From contig OZ024743.1 of assembly GCA_964016885.1 (NCBI GenBank), positions 121,086,001-121,150,000 on the forward strand: 64,000 nt of DNA. The letters are read 5' to 3'. This DNA is from Eledone cirrhosa. Taxonomy: Eukaryota. The notes under the pieces are model-generated. The model did no database searches. It saw only the letters and a program-made list of their open reading frames with translations, and had not been told where the DNA came from. Below are positions 13,601 to 26,904 of this stretch, piece after piece. A program made the translations under genes and the position numbers. How positions within the stretch are numbered: the stretch's first letter is position 1; each line of letters opens with the position of its first letter.

Positions 13601-13796
13601 TTGTCACTAAACGACTTTTTATCGACAAATTAATTTCGCCCCAAAAAGGGGCGAAATTTATTTTACCCAACGTCTGCACGCCCAGGCGAGGGGTTAAACA
13701 CAACAAATAACAAATTACTTAAACAGACCTACCGCTTCTCGTAATAAAATCCGACAAAATGCAGAAGCGAAACAAAAACACGTCTATCTTCTCCGA

Positions 13797-13847
13797 GATA
13801 GATAGATAGATAGATAGATAGTTAGATAGATAGATAGATAGATAGAT
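13797..13847. repeat. (GATA)n tract between Tx1 copies A and B
   Basis: Direct reading. Confidence 0.95.
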
Positions 13848-14117
13848 TTCTTTTATTTGCCACAAGGGCGCACAAGAAAAGGGGACAATACAAAGACATA
13901 CCGGGGATTTTACATACAGTCGTGTAAAAAATATAAAACAAACAATTACAACAATCGAAATCCCCAATAGGGGGGAACCGCCACAAATGGGACGAGCTGT
14001 GGGAAAGCCTGTCTGACAAATGGTGCCCACACCAGTTGGGGGTCGATAGAACAACCATCAACCCCAGGAGCGTATTGTGCAAGTGGTCCTTTCTTCCTTT
14101 TGCTCTCTTCTTTAACA

Positions 14118-17100
14118 TACAGGCTTATAAACAGACAAGGCCCAATCACTCGGGCCGTTTTTGCTTCATTCACCCACCTTTCAGTAAATTTACTGGGGTG
14201 CAGTGCCTCTCTCTCCACTCTGATTCTCCTTCTAAAGTGATACTTAAAGAAGGGAATCAAATGTTTGTCCGGAGAGAAAGCATCTGTCTTCAGTCCTCTC
14301 AATCTCGTCCACCATATAACTTATTTCACCATAGCCACTGTACAGAGAAAAACCGCCTTTCTTTCGCTTTTGAGAAAGGCTGGCGGTTTGATCCTTACTA
14401 TGGACACGGGAGTCAACTGGATTTGTCCCATACGCGACAGCAGTTCTGCATAGTTCCACAGGTCGGTTACGCCCGGGCAGCGTACAATTGCGTGCAGGAC
14501 TGTTTCAATATCCTGCGCGCATCTTGGACACGTCCTCTTGGAAGGATCCCTGCCGAGGCGTCCGTGCCTGTATATCTTGTCACGACTCAGTAGAGCTCTA
14601 CGGTAGCACTGTCAGGCCAGGGACCTCTGCAAGTTGTCCATAGGTCTCGGGCGGAAAGTCCTACCAAACAGACTGGTGAGCTCATCGTCTCCGACGCACA
14701 GAGTCTCTCCGAGCACGTCGTCGCCCTTGTAACGTACAATCCCTCTATAGAATGTCGAAGTGGCGTCTACACTGATTGCTGCGCCCGCTTGCCAGAGGAC
14801 TGTGAGCGCCTGAGCGCATTCAATGTGCCAGGCGCCCATCGTTTTCGGTCTTTTCTTGACCCAAGACTGCAGCTCTGTCAGCGAGACGAGCTGTGGGAAA
14901 GCCTGTCTGACAAACGGTGCCCACACCGGTTGGGGGTCGGTGAGGAATACCTGGAGATGCCGCAGCCTCAGCGCATGTTTGTGCATCATCAAACACGGCA
15001 TTCTCATGCCTCCGTTGGAAGGGTGCTGAAAGCAGACGGATCTCGTCACCTGCGGAGCCTGCTTCTTCCACAGAAACTGGAAGAGCATGCGTTCCATCTT
15101 GGCGAGGTGTTCACGGTGACAAGGCACGACAGTCAAGCGGTAGTAGATGACGGACGCTATGAAAGTGTTCGCCACCTCCGCTCGACGTTTCAAGGACAGT
15201 TTGCACTCTGCCCATTTCTGGGTGAGCGCAAACACCTTGGCCGTCACCTCGTTCCAGTTTTTCTCCACCTGGAGGTCTGAACAGAACCAGACCCCGAGCA
15301 ATTTCACCGGTCTGTCCGTCCAGCATCCAACGACGCTGTCGGACGTCATCGGTTTGCGTCTCCACATACCGAGTTGCAAACCGACAGACTTGTCCGGGTT
15401 TAGTTTTGCTCCCGTCAGAGTTTCGTATTCTTTCAGTAAGTTGCCTATCACACCGATTCTCGAGGTGCTCGACACCATTACCGTCACGTCGTCGACATAA
15501 GCCGACGCCGCTTTGCGCAGTTCCGGTTCTAGAGGGATGCCCTGCAACAACTCCAATTTCCGCAGTAGTGACTCTAGAGTCAATACATACAGAATGGAAG
15601 AGAGAGGGCACTCCTGTCGAATGGAACGAGTGATTGCGAACGGCTCCGATAGGTAGCCGTTCGCCTTGACCCTCGAGTAAATGCTGGTGTGCATCGCCTC
15701 AATCCAGCCTCTGAAAACGGGACCGAAACCGGCCGCCTTGAGAACCGCTTCCAAGTATCGATGGTCGACCCTATCGAATGCCTTAGACTGATCCAAATTG
15801 ATCAGAGCCCCACCGAAGCCGAGTTTACTACCCACCCTCTCGATGCTGTATCGCATGAGGTGGAGGTTGTTGTGTATGGACCTGGTCGGGATTGCACACA
15901 TTTGCGCTTTCCCTACCAGGTTCTCGACGACAAGCACCAACCTCGTCGCTAGCACCTTGGCCAAAATCTTTAACTCTGTGTTGAGCAGAGTTATGGGCCT
16001 GAAGTTGTTAATTTCGTCCCCCTTGTTCTCGTCTTTCCTGATCAGCGTTACTACGCCCTTGCCTGCAGAACTGGGAATTCTCCCGTTCTGCTGCCAATTG
16101 CAGTAGACGGCTTCGAGGACGCCAGAGAACAAGTCCGGCATGCCTATGTAAAATTCATAGGGTAGACCATCTAGACCTGGTGACTTGCGTTTCCCGCAGC
16201 GGCCCAGAGCGTCAGTATCTCAGTGTCCGTGATCGGTCTTTCGCAGAACTCGGCGTCCGTGTTCGAGAGACGCGGCAGGCCATCGAGGTATCAACTAAAG
16301 TCCATTACCCCGTTCGGTTCACCGTCGTTCTGCTGAAACAGTCCGCAAAGTGCTGCTGAAAGGCTGCGCACATTTGCTTGGGGTCAAGTAGCACGCGTCC
16401 GTTTTGGTCTTTCAAAAACCCAATCGTGGACTTGTTGCCACTTTTTGCCTCCGCCACTCGGGCCCAGCTGACAACTTTCGCTCCTTCGTTTCCTAGAGCA
16501 CGTGTTTTGCTTCTGACCACGTAGCCTTCGTGTTTCACGTAGAAGAACTGGTCTAGTGCCGTTATCGACGTTAACACTCTATCCCCGTTTCCACTTCTAA
16601 GTGCCTCCTCTACCTTGGCTACTAGTTCTCTTTCTATTTTGCTTTTCTCTAAGGCTAACTCTCTGCTAAACTCTATCGATTCTACTCTAATTGCTTTCTT
16701 GAGAGAGTACCACCATCTATTGTTGACGATGGCTCCCTTTAACTGTTGCTTGACTAGTCTACTTATCCGTTCACTGTAAGCTTTACGTGCCGGCAACGAC
16801 ACGTTCAGCTTCCAGTATCCAGGTCCCTGTCTATGTATTCTATCACGGTTGACTAAGCAGACGACTAATTTGTGATCAGAGCAGGCAACCCTGTGCATTC
16901 GTGGTCAGCTTAACATCTCCTTGTCCCTTTCTCTAATGAAGAACCTATCTAAATACGATCTAGATGTCCCTCTGCGGTTTTCCCACGTCCACTGTGGTGC
17001 AGTCGGGAAATCCAGTCGATATCTATCGGCCAGTTGGAATTTGCCGATTAAAGTTTTGAGGCTGTTGCACCCCCACACCACCCCCCACTCTACTGGGACA

Positions 17101-17571
17101 TGCTCCCACACAGTCCCATCGTGCATCTAGGATACCATTCCAGTCCCCCACTAAAAGTAAGGAACGAGATATTCCCAGAAATATACTCTAGACGCTTAAA
17201 GAAGTCTGGCCGTGATTGCGATTGCCCGGTTGGGGCATAAACGGCCACCAGTCTGAAGGCTCCACCTCCAATACTGTTCACATCTAGGACTACCAGTCTA
17301 TCCTCCGGGTCCAAGTGTACTTGCTGTACTTCGACGTCCAGGTTCTTCCGAAACATGAAGCCACTCCCCCTCCGCCTCCTGGCTGTCAGAGAGATGCGTA
17401 GATCTCAAAGTCGTCGGAGATGGGGGTTAGTTGCTGCCTGTTCTGGATCCTGGACTCGGTGATGGCTATCACATCCATACCGTGTGACCTAAGGTCGTTT
17501 AAAAGTTGGCCCTGTTTCCAGGGCATCCCTAGGCCACGCGCATTCACGCTTTTAACTCGTAAACTAGCCAT
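14118..17571 (-). pseudogene. Copy B ORF2 (APE-RT), frameshifted
   Basis: Start MASLRVKSVNARGL; pieces 17386-17571, 17090-17356, 16905-17126, 16305-16898, 14612-16141 and 13946-14302. Confidence 0.92.
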
Positions 17572-17612
17572 GTTGGTGGAGAAGAGTTGGTGAAAAGAAC
17601 GAAAAGGTGCAC

Positions 17613-19381
17613 TTACCTTTTTGTATCCTGGAGATCGGGTTGTACAATCTCCATTTCAGTTCTGGTGGGGATGTTGGGTGGGGTGGGGAAACATTTTAAT
17701 AGGACGCGGTTTTTGACAGGGGTTGCCAATATCCTGCGAAAACTGTTTTTTCAATTTCTGATAGGTTTCTATCGAAACCCTTATTGGTTTTAGGTGTGGA
17801 GACGATTCTGCTTTGATGAAAGTTTTGCCCTCCGTCTCCAACTTGGGGTTTTGGGAGAAGACCTCCATCAAACTCTTGTTATTTGTGTTGATGTATGCGT
17901 ATTTTTGTTTGTGTTATTGTTGTGATGTTTTAGTTTGTTGTTCGTCCGGGAGTTTTCTTTTTATGGTGGGTGCTTGTGTGTGACCGTGGTGTTGTTTGTG
18001 TTGTTGTTTGTGTCTGTGGTTGTGTGTTGGTGTTGGTGATTGGAGGTTTGGGGGTTTTGTGGTGTCTCTTTTTTGTTTTTTAGATTTCCGAGGCTCTCCT
18101 TCTTCTTCACTTAAAGAAGGAGAAGCAGCCTCATCTGTCAATGAATAATCATCGTCAGGATTGTTGGGCAGGGGTATGTTGTGTGGTGGTGGTATTTCAG
18201 TGTGTGTGTTTGTGGTAGTGTTTGATGGAGTGGGATGGGTGGCTGTGTTCTTCAGGGGTGTTGTCTGTGTTTTTTCTGTTGTTGTTGGTTGTTTTGGTGT
18301 GTTTGCTCGTTTCGTCTGTTGTTGTACTTGTGGTGGTGGTTGTTTTGGTGTTGGTTTGGTAATAGTGTTTTTTTAATGATGTTGTTGTGGTGTGTTTGTG
18401 ACGGACAGGAGGCCTTTAGGTGTGCTACCACAGCGAAAGCAATGAAGTTTTCGTCCCCCCACCGTAATGTTTAATTTGTTGTTGTCGTCGATGATGACTT
18501 TTCCGGGTATTTTGGAGATTCTCTCCGGCCTCATTTGCAACTGAAACTCCAAATCAGTACCCGCCCACCTTTGTCTAATAGACTTTCGTATCGAAACAAT
18601 CATATCAGTCTCTGGCTCTACGAAGCCAGCAAAGATCCACCAGATGTTAATGTTTGGTGGTATATTTTTATTTTTTTATTTTTGTGTCCTTTTTCCCATG
18701 TACGTAGGGAAAAAAGTGAATGCTTTTGACACCATTGGTGTCACAGATTGTTTTGGGCGAGTGCTTCGCTTTTAAACAGTACGGAAACACTCCCGTACTG
18801 TTATCCTCGTTGGAGAAAGTCAATATTTGCTAGAGTCTCCTTGAAGGTGGCTTCTATATCTGCTTTACTAACAAATATCGACTTTCTCGTTGTGTTGGAG
18901 ACAGTCCTAAAGGTCACTGTCCTTCGAACTGTCTCTTCTTTTATTTTGAGGGGTGACTTAATTCTAAACCCACCCTTGTCTTCGAAAGTTACAAATTTTC
19001 TCCCTTGCTGGAGCATATCTCTTGCATTGGAGATGTCAAGATTTATAAAATCTTATTTTTTGTTCACTGTTTCAGCGAAAGACATGGTGTGGTGTTGCTG
19101 TTGTTGTTGCTGTTGTTGTTGTTGTTGTTGTTGTTGTTATCGTTGTTAGCCTCGGTGTTGGAAATCTCAATTTCTTGACGAGGTGAAACTTTATGTGTAG
19201 ATGTATCTATGGAGTTGTTGATGTTGTCTTTTTCATGTGTATGTATGTCAATAGGTTTAATTCCTGTGTTTTCCTGTGTGTTATTGTTATTTTTCTCCGC
19301 TTCGACGCTAGAAATTTTAAAATCTTCAAGTGGTAATATCTTTTTCTCTTTGTTGACAGTCGTATCTACGGCGACGTCCAT
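17613..19381 (-). pseudogene. Copy B ORF1, frameshifted
   Basis: Pieces 19064-19381, 18801-19016, 18373-18603 (HCFRCG knuckle start), 17914-18141 and 17656-17871; ends MEIVQPDLQDTKR-TAA. True start uncertain. Confidence 0.78.
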
Positions 19382-19679
19382 AGTAGCAGAAGCAGATATA
19401 ACGTTAATATCTGCTTCTCTACCTCTCTTCTCTCTGTCGACGTTCTTTAACGTTCTTTCCAGGCTATTCCTGTTTTATAGTTGGTAAAATTTGATATTTT
19501 AAAACAAATTTTAAATTAAATTTTCCGTCCTAAAGGGGCAAAAAATGGGATTACTACCCAACTGACAACTCAGCTTGGGGGTTAATCTACAAAATGATAT
19601 GTTTTTTCAAACAATTAGTTCGGTTTTTTGCATAGAAATTAACAAAACAGCTTACCGGCGATGTTCCACGCGTCAGGCA

Positions 19680-19723
19680 GATAAAGAGATAGATAGCTAG
19701 ATAGATAGATAGATAGATAGATA
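19680..19723. repeat. (GATA)n tract between Tx1 copies B and C
   Basis: Direct reading. Confidence 0.92.
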
Positions 19724-20319
19724 AATTTCTTTATTAGCCATAAGGGCACAAAAGAAGGGGACAAATACAAATGAGGAGTTCACATACAGGTATATGAAAA
19801 TAAAACTATTAATAAAATAACAAATAACAATTGATATCCGCAATAGGGGGGAGGTGTTACACAGGGTTGTACACACCCCGAAAAAATGTACAACCCTCAT
19901 CTCCAGGAGCACCAAGAGTGATTACTCTCTTCCTCTCTTCCTCTTTTTCCTCAACCTACAGGCTTATATAGAGATAAGACCCAACCACTCGGGCCATCTT
20001 TGCCACATTCACCCACCTTTTATAAAATTTGCTTGGTTACAGCACCTCTCTCTCCATCCTGATTCTTCTTCCAAAGTGGTATTTGAAAAAATTAATCAGT
20101 TGCTCGCCGGAGAGAAAGGTGTCTGACCTCAGCCCTTTTAACCTCGTCCACCATATAACCTCTTTCACCATAGCCATAACACATAGGAAAACCGCCTCTC
20201 CCACGTTTTTGAAGGAGGGTGGCGGTTTGATCATGACAATGGACTCGGTGGTCAACCGGATTGGTCCCACCCGTGACAATAGTCGTTCTACATAGCCACA
20301 CAGGTCGGTAACGCCCGGC

Positions 20320-20320
<1 letters not shown>
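19724..20320 (-). mobile_element. Tx1 copy C, 5'-truncated (~600 bp of ORF2 C-terminus plus 3' UTR)
   Basis: GYVERLLSRVGPIRLTTE..WWTRLKGLRSDTFLSG matches copy A 8823-9190. Confidence 0.93.

Positions 20321-20408
<88 letters not shown>
20321..20408. repeat. Perfect (GATA)22 abutting the truncated 5' end of copy C
   Basis: Direct reading. Confidence 0.95.
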
Positions 20409-21769
20409 CAAAAACTAGAAATTAATCTTTTTTGTGCTAGAGTTCTTAAGTAACACACCATTAACCAGATGATAATTTAATTCTATATCAGCCGAATTAT
20501 TCTAAATCTGGATTGTTTTTATCTTACAAGCATTTCTTTTCTCGACGAGTTAATTTAAATGTATATTTTTTCCACACATTAGATGAGTGGTGTCGTATAG
20601 AGAGCGTATTACGACATACACAGTGCGTATTACATCTATAGAAACACATCAACATTGCAGAAAGCATAAAGTGTGCCAGAAAATGGAAAAGAGAGAGTAT
20701 GAAAGAAAGAATGATGGAGAAATACAAGAGATAAAAAAAATAAAATAGGTCCAGTTTATCGATTTTTACTATACAAACAAGCGAGATATCATTAAACAGC
20801 CTACAGTAAAAAGAAACACTATCTTTATATAGCGCAATGTTAATACACTCTCGGCATCGACTTCGCTATTCGTTATTCTGCGCGCAGTATAAAATAAGTA
20901 CCTATAATACTTTGTCGTGCAAAATATTGGCTTCATACGAAGTATCTGAAATGGTCAATGATCGAAAACATGAATTCGCAACTAATCATCAAACCATTTA
21001 TTCAGATGACTCTTTTTTACATTTTCAATGCATTATGCGTTAACGCTGAGAAACGACAGAATGATTATTTCTCGACAGTTCTTATTCCCAATGCTAGTTT
21101 AATATATCCTCATAGACGTGACCTCCCTCTCCTAAACTACACGCTGGAGTGACATAGCAAACAAAGGAGTCAATATGCAAATTCAGATCAATAGCAATAT
21201 ACACTGCTTCACGTCATGTTATCAAGATTTATGGCTAAAAAATTAATAAAAGCATTGAGAATTCCTTAGATAATTATTTTGATAAGCAATATCGCATGTA
21301 ATTAGCGTAAAAACATAAGTAGAATAGATTCGTATCAACATTTCCTTCACAGCTCATCACCTTGGCAACTATTACTCTATCTTCAACCCCACCAACACAA
21401 CTACCGTCACGAATACAAAAACCACCACCACCGCCACCATCATCACCATGAGCACCGCCAACACTCAGTACATCACATCTAAAAGTGTTGTCATTTAGAT
21501 CCAGATCTTTGAGCGAGGAGGCCTATGAACAAAACAATCTAACCAAGCCCACCCTCTCTATTTTGGGAAAATATGTTTGACTGCATTGTACAATGTGTCC
21601 TTCCTTTTCTTTGACAAGACTTGGCTGCTTTTCTTTTCAGATTATTTTGAAACTAATTGTATGTGCGCTTGTGTATATGAGTGCATCAGTGTATGTGTGT
21701 GTGTGTGTATGTGTGTGTGTGTATGTGTGTGTCTGTGTGCGTGCGCGCGTGTGTGTGTGCTTGCATTGT

Positions 21770-21990
21770 GAAGGTGCATGGCTTAATGGCTAGAGTTACG
21801 GTCATGAGTTCAATTCCTGGCCCCTCCTTGACCAAGACATTTTATTTTATGTTGCACCAGTCCAGTCAGCTGGAAAAAATGAATTGTACCTCTTATTCAA
21901 AGATCCAGCCTTTCATACATTGTGTCACGCTGAATCATCTTGAGAACTATACTATAGCTGCATGTGTTCTTGGCATACTTAATGTACGTT
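21770..21990 (+). mobile_element. Old tRNA-derived SINE of a second family
   Basis: Box A-like TGGCTTAATGG and box B GAGTTCAATTCC, followed by CCTTGACCAAGACATTTTA (CORE-like). Confidence 0.55.
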
Positions 21991-24167
21991 AATTTCACGA
22001 GTAAGCTATTCCATTTCCCAAGCAAATGGGAAAATCGCAATCATAACCAACGGAGGTCCAATACATTTATGCGTGTGTATGTGATTATGCGGGTGTACAT
22101 TTATGAGCTCCTGTTCAGCACAATATATTTTATCCGAGGGGTCATGTTGTATGCACCAAGGGAAACTTTTCTTAGCGCAAGAAATATATTTTTGAAACGT
22201 TTATCTTAAGAGCAGAAAATTGTTGTAGCATCTAATGGATTCTAATATGAGTGTTAATACAGTTTAGAAGAAAATCTGTCTGTATAGAATTTTATAAATA
22301 TTTATGATTGAACAAATACGCATAAAAATACTTGTGAAAAACTCGTATACACTGTGATAACGCTGAAAATAGCTCAAGTCATGTGTGACTGATGAGGTCA
22401 AAATAGATGTTTACATGTCTTACATATATGCCGATAGAATTAACATTTTGTCTCACCTTGAATGCTTTCTAGTTAACTTAATGCTGCTGCATCAAATAGG
22501 TTAACACAAATTTAACTGTTGTTTTTGTCTTTCTACCTGTAACTTACAAACAATATTGTATTTAATAGCTGAGCTTTATAACCATGTGATCTCCTCAAGC
22601 ATTTATGCAGACTTATCCCATACATAGATAACATAAACTGACTGATCAGAACAGAAGAACATTTGTTTTTGCGATTCGAAATCGGAAGCAAGAAATACTG
22701 ATGAATTAGAAAACAAATGCTTACTATGATGTTTAGAGATATTACTCTTTATGGACAGCTTAAAATGTACCTAGAACATTTTATATTGGGAAATTTGGGT
22801 TTAATAGAAAACGAAATAATTAGATTGAGGACAGAGAATAGAATGTAAAATAAGAAAATATTAAAACAGAAAAGGTAGGGAAAGGCAAGGGCTTTAGTGT
22901 AACAGAAGAATGGAGAGGGGAAAGGGAGACGGTGATAGACGCTGGGCCTAGGGCGAGGCAGTATTCGGGCTGTGGCCCGCGGACAAGATCACAAAAGCAT
23001 TCTCGCGGACGATGGCCAGCGACACCCGCTACAACATTCACCTTCCCCAGACAGGATGCTGACGTTCCGAGCTTACAGAGGATCTCGGGAGTACGGGGTC
23101 CAAGTATGCCTGAGGTCTTGGTATATAATTTTCTTTATTTAGAGCTCAGACGTATGAAAAAGTGACCAAGTAATTTAGTTTCTTAAATGTGCAATACAGT
23201 AATTCTACAGTAATTTCACATACAATTTCAAATGCTTGATTTCGAGAATTGCGCATATTTTGGTAGAATGGTGTTCAGTCTTAATAAAATAGTCAGGCCT
23301 ATTAGAACTGTTGAATATTATTCTATAATTTACCTAGGATTTTGGATTTTGTGCTATTTATTCTAATCTAATTTTCTAAAAATTATGCAGAAAGAATAAG
23401 TTTTTGACCTAAGGAGAAGACATTGTTTATCTTCTTGGTTTCGTCCTTACATTTCAAAGAGCAAAATAATGTCATTTAGTCGTCCACTTGAATTCTTATT
23501 TTTGGTTATGTTTCATTATATATCTAACCATAGTACTATTAACATGATTATATATATCTAAAACATTTTAAAACACTTAAAAATCTTCATAAAACAACAT
23601 GTGCTATGTATGTATATATATTTGAATATATGTATATAAAGCCATCTAAATTAAACATGATACACATGACTAATGTTTCTGTAATCATTGGTTTTAACTG
23701 TGTAGCTATGGACAGAGAGAGCCGTATGATTAAGATATTAACTTCGTAATCTCATGGTTAGAGGTTCGTCATCTTTACACTGCAATTATTTTGGTATTCT
23801 CTCTACACACTTGCAAATACGTTCCGGACAATTATATACGTACATTCCTATAAATATTCTGTTAGTAGCTTTAATATATATTTTCTGAAAACCTTTCCTT
23901 ACATTTTCTTCCATCCTAATAATAACCCCATTTCCTTTTCTTATTAAAAAAAAATAATAATAATCCTAATAATGATTTAAATTTACCTAGCGTCTAAACA
24001 TAACGATCTTTTTCAGTTTTAACGTTATCCTCATCAGCATATTCATCTTGTGATTTGAAGTTTTCTCCACTATTCAAATAGAACTCACAACATTAAGTTC
24101 TTGTCTGAATATGTCACTATCTGTAAACCAACTTTTGTATTTGATCTGATGAGAGCGTACCAACATT

Positions 24168-24567
<400 letters not shown>

Positions 24568-24635
24568 TATATATATATATATCAGGAAAGAAGAGTGACA
24601 CGGTTTGCTATACAAAAAAGGTTTTTAATCTCATT

Positions 24636-24741
24636 GCTGACAATTGTTTCTTTGAACTGGTAGGTCTAGAGATCGCTACCCGCTTGTTTTCACGTCATTC
24701 GATCACCAATACATAGTTGTAACCAGTCAATTCATCGGAGC
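24636..24741 (-). ncRNA. Type I hammerhead-like motif, CCGAUGA core, long loop II
   Basis: Minus strand: gct CCGATGA a ttgactggt..60 nt..accagttcaa a GAAA caattg TC agc. Confidence 0.6.
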
Positions 24742-25226
24742 TTGTGAGAATGAAAGGAATATACAGGCATGGCTTCTATATATAGTAGTAGGGGCATTCA
24801 ATCAGAACAATAACAACAATATTAACAATGCGAGCAATAAATTATTTGAAATAATCACAACATCAATCTAAGTGAGGAATATAGTATATCTACGACTTTA
24901 GCGTGTAAAACTAGCTGACATGAGGCAGATTTATAAAATTTACATGTAAAAGCTGTCATGTGGTGTATTATATATAGTGTAGAGATAAGCCGGTGGCTTT
25001 AAACAATGAACCATTTCCTTTACTGTAGGTCTGGTGGCCGTAAGAAGGAGTACTTCAGTAGGAGTACCTTAACTGGACTATACCTAAGTGGACTACCTAT
25101 TACAATAATCTGTTACCCCGTATATATATATATATATATATATATATACAAGGAGTTTCCACGTAGTTCATGAACAGCCAACTTCATATTGACATACGTT
25201 TTTTTTTTGGCTTCGAGCCATAACCA

Positions 25227-25261
25227 GAGTTGAAAATCCGCAAGTTGAAACGTGCGTCCTC
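25227..25261 (+). ncRNA. Minimal hammerhead-like motif (UUGAAAA core), stem II damaged
   Basis: gag TTGAAAA tccgcaagtt GAAA cgtgcg TC ctc. Confidence 0.5.
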
Positions 25262-26041
25262 GAAAATGGTTCACTAACTCTTGTGGCACTAACTTCTACC
25301 AAACTCGTCCCATGGACTGAGTGCTCTACTTACTGGGGATATAGTCTCCCAGTAGTTTACCACTATATATATATACATGGTGGCTGCCAACTCGTTTTTG
25401 AGTACGGCCACTACTTTATATCCATGTAGGAGAACCCCTACCGATGCGCTGAACGAGTGTGACTTTTTAGTCCAGCCAGCTACTTGAAAATTCTGGTACA
25501 AACACTACACTTGTGACAATTATTGACACATAGTGCTGGGCCCATGGTACCATGTGACGACAAATGCAGAGAGGTCTCCAGATATAAAGCAATGCCTGTG
25601 CCGTGAAGCTTTTATAGTGAGCAAAGGCACTGCACAAAGCCAGTCCCACTCTCTTAACCAAGATGATATTTACCAAAAAGAAGAACAAGTCAACATCATT
25701 GGATACCATCAGGGTTGCAGGTGTTATATCAGAGTTTTCCTTCTCCTAGAATTCTGCCTTGACAAAGGCTAAGGGGTCATCTTTCCCGGTGATTTTGGAT
25801 GGTCATTGACTTTTAAGAGCTCCTTTGCCTTTTGACAGGTTTTGTTTTTAGTCCTGCAGGATGTCCAAAGTCACCCTCCTCACCAAGAAACCTTGGTGGG
25901 GTTGCCAGTTTAATCGCCAACGACCCGACCATGAGACAGGTTGTACTGGGATACATGTTACCAGTAGCACCAACTGGTGACCTGACATATATACATACAT
26001 GCGTACATACGTACATACATACACGCATGCATACATACATA

Positions 26042-26888
26042 GAGTGGCGGACTGGATCTAAAATTATTGGTTGCCAGGAGATATAGGGGCGCCACCCATA
26101 TATAGAATACTATCAATTAATTTTTATAATGAATAAATAACATTTTAAAAAAATACGTAAGTGAAAACAAAACAGTGTAATCAAATGTTTGCAAAAAAAA
26201 AAAATGTGTATCTTTTACTAATTATAGGGTATATATACTGTACATATTACTGGCAGTATACAGTAATACTAAATGTTAATACAGGATGTTATAACTAAAT
26301 TTTAAATAATTGTGAATGTATAGTATACTGTTATTCAGAGTAGAGTGTGCAAGTGATCATTCTTACCTTCTCCAATAAAAAGTATACAGATCCAGAGACT
26401 TTCAATAATGACTTTTGGTCTTTCATATTCACTCAATATATATATATGGGAGTGCACATGTGTATATATAGATTTATATATATGGATACATACATGTTTT
26501 CAAATTGTACAAACATTATTTGGCGACTCATTCTCCCTAAAGACTTTAGACTTGAGAACTGACAACTAATTGATTTTACAAATGTCTTTAACCCATTAAT
26601 ATCAAAAATTATATGGCCAGCAGCTCGTGTATATGTGTAAGTATATATATGTATCATATATTTTGGTTTCTATTAATTCCCTAGGGAATTGTTTGACCAA
26701 ATGCTGTGCTTATTTGATTATTTATTAAACAAAATTTATTCTTTCTTTAAGACATATTTTTAAAGATATTTTTTTAAAACAAATCATTGGCCTCTAAAAT
26801 AATACAGTGGGCCCCTGCAGTGCGACTGCGTTCCCCCTGGGGTCCACTCGCCATTGGGGAACCTGGCAACCTGGCCAGTCGGCCACTG
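26042..26888. mobile_element. Non-autonomous hAT-type DNA transposon
   Basis: TIRs GAGTGGCGGACTGG / CCAGTCGGCCACTG (12/14 match); 8-bp TSD-like CATACATA / CATATATA. Confidence 0.75.
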
Positions 26889-26904
26889 CATATATACATA
26901 CATA

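Larger units (their letters stand above)
8583..13796 (-). mobile_element. Tx1/L1-clade LINE copy A, near full length, degenerate, internal RT deletion
   Basis: ORF1 with CCHC knuckle; ORF2 with APE (LNVRGL, GDWN, SYLDRFL, SDHK, GYWKLN), RT remnant (SIRQGC, FYADD) and C-terminal CPRC..EETVAHAFVHC; 3' UTR with AATAAA followed by (TATC)n. Confidence 0.93.
13848..19679 (-). mobile_element. Tx1/L1-clade LINE copy B, full length, degenerate
   Basis: Same architecture as A. The 509-aa RT piece 14612-16141 has NFRPITLLNTELKILAKVL, LDQSKAFDRVDH, SIRQECPLS and YVDD; APE spans 16900-17571. Confidence 0.95.

Noticed and set aside
8724-19487. Plus-strand ORFs over the Tx1 elements
   Set aside because: Antisense shadows of GC-rich or low-complexity LINE coding sequence, with no motifs.
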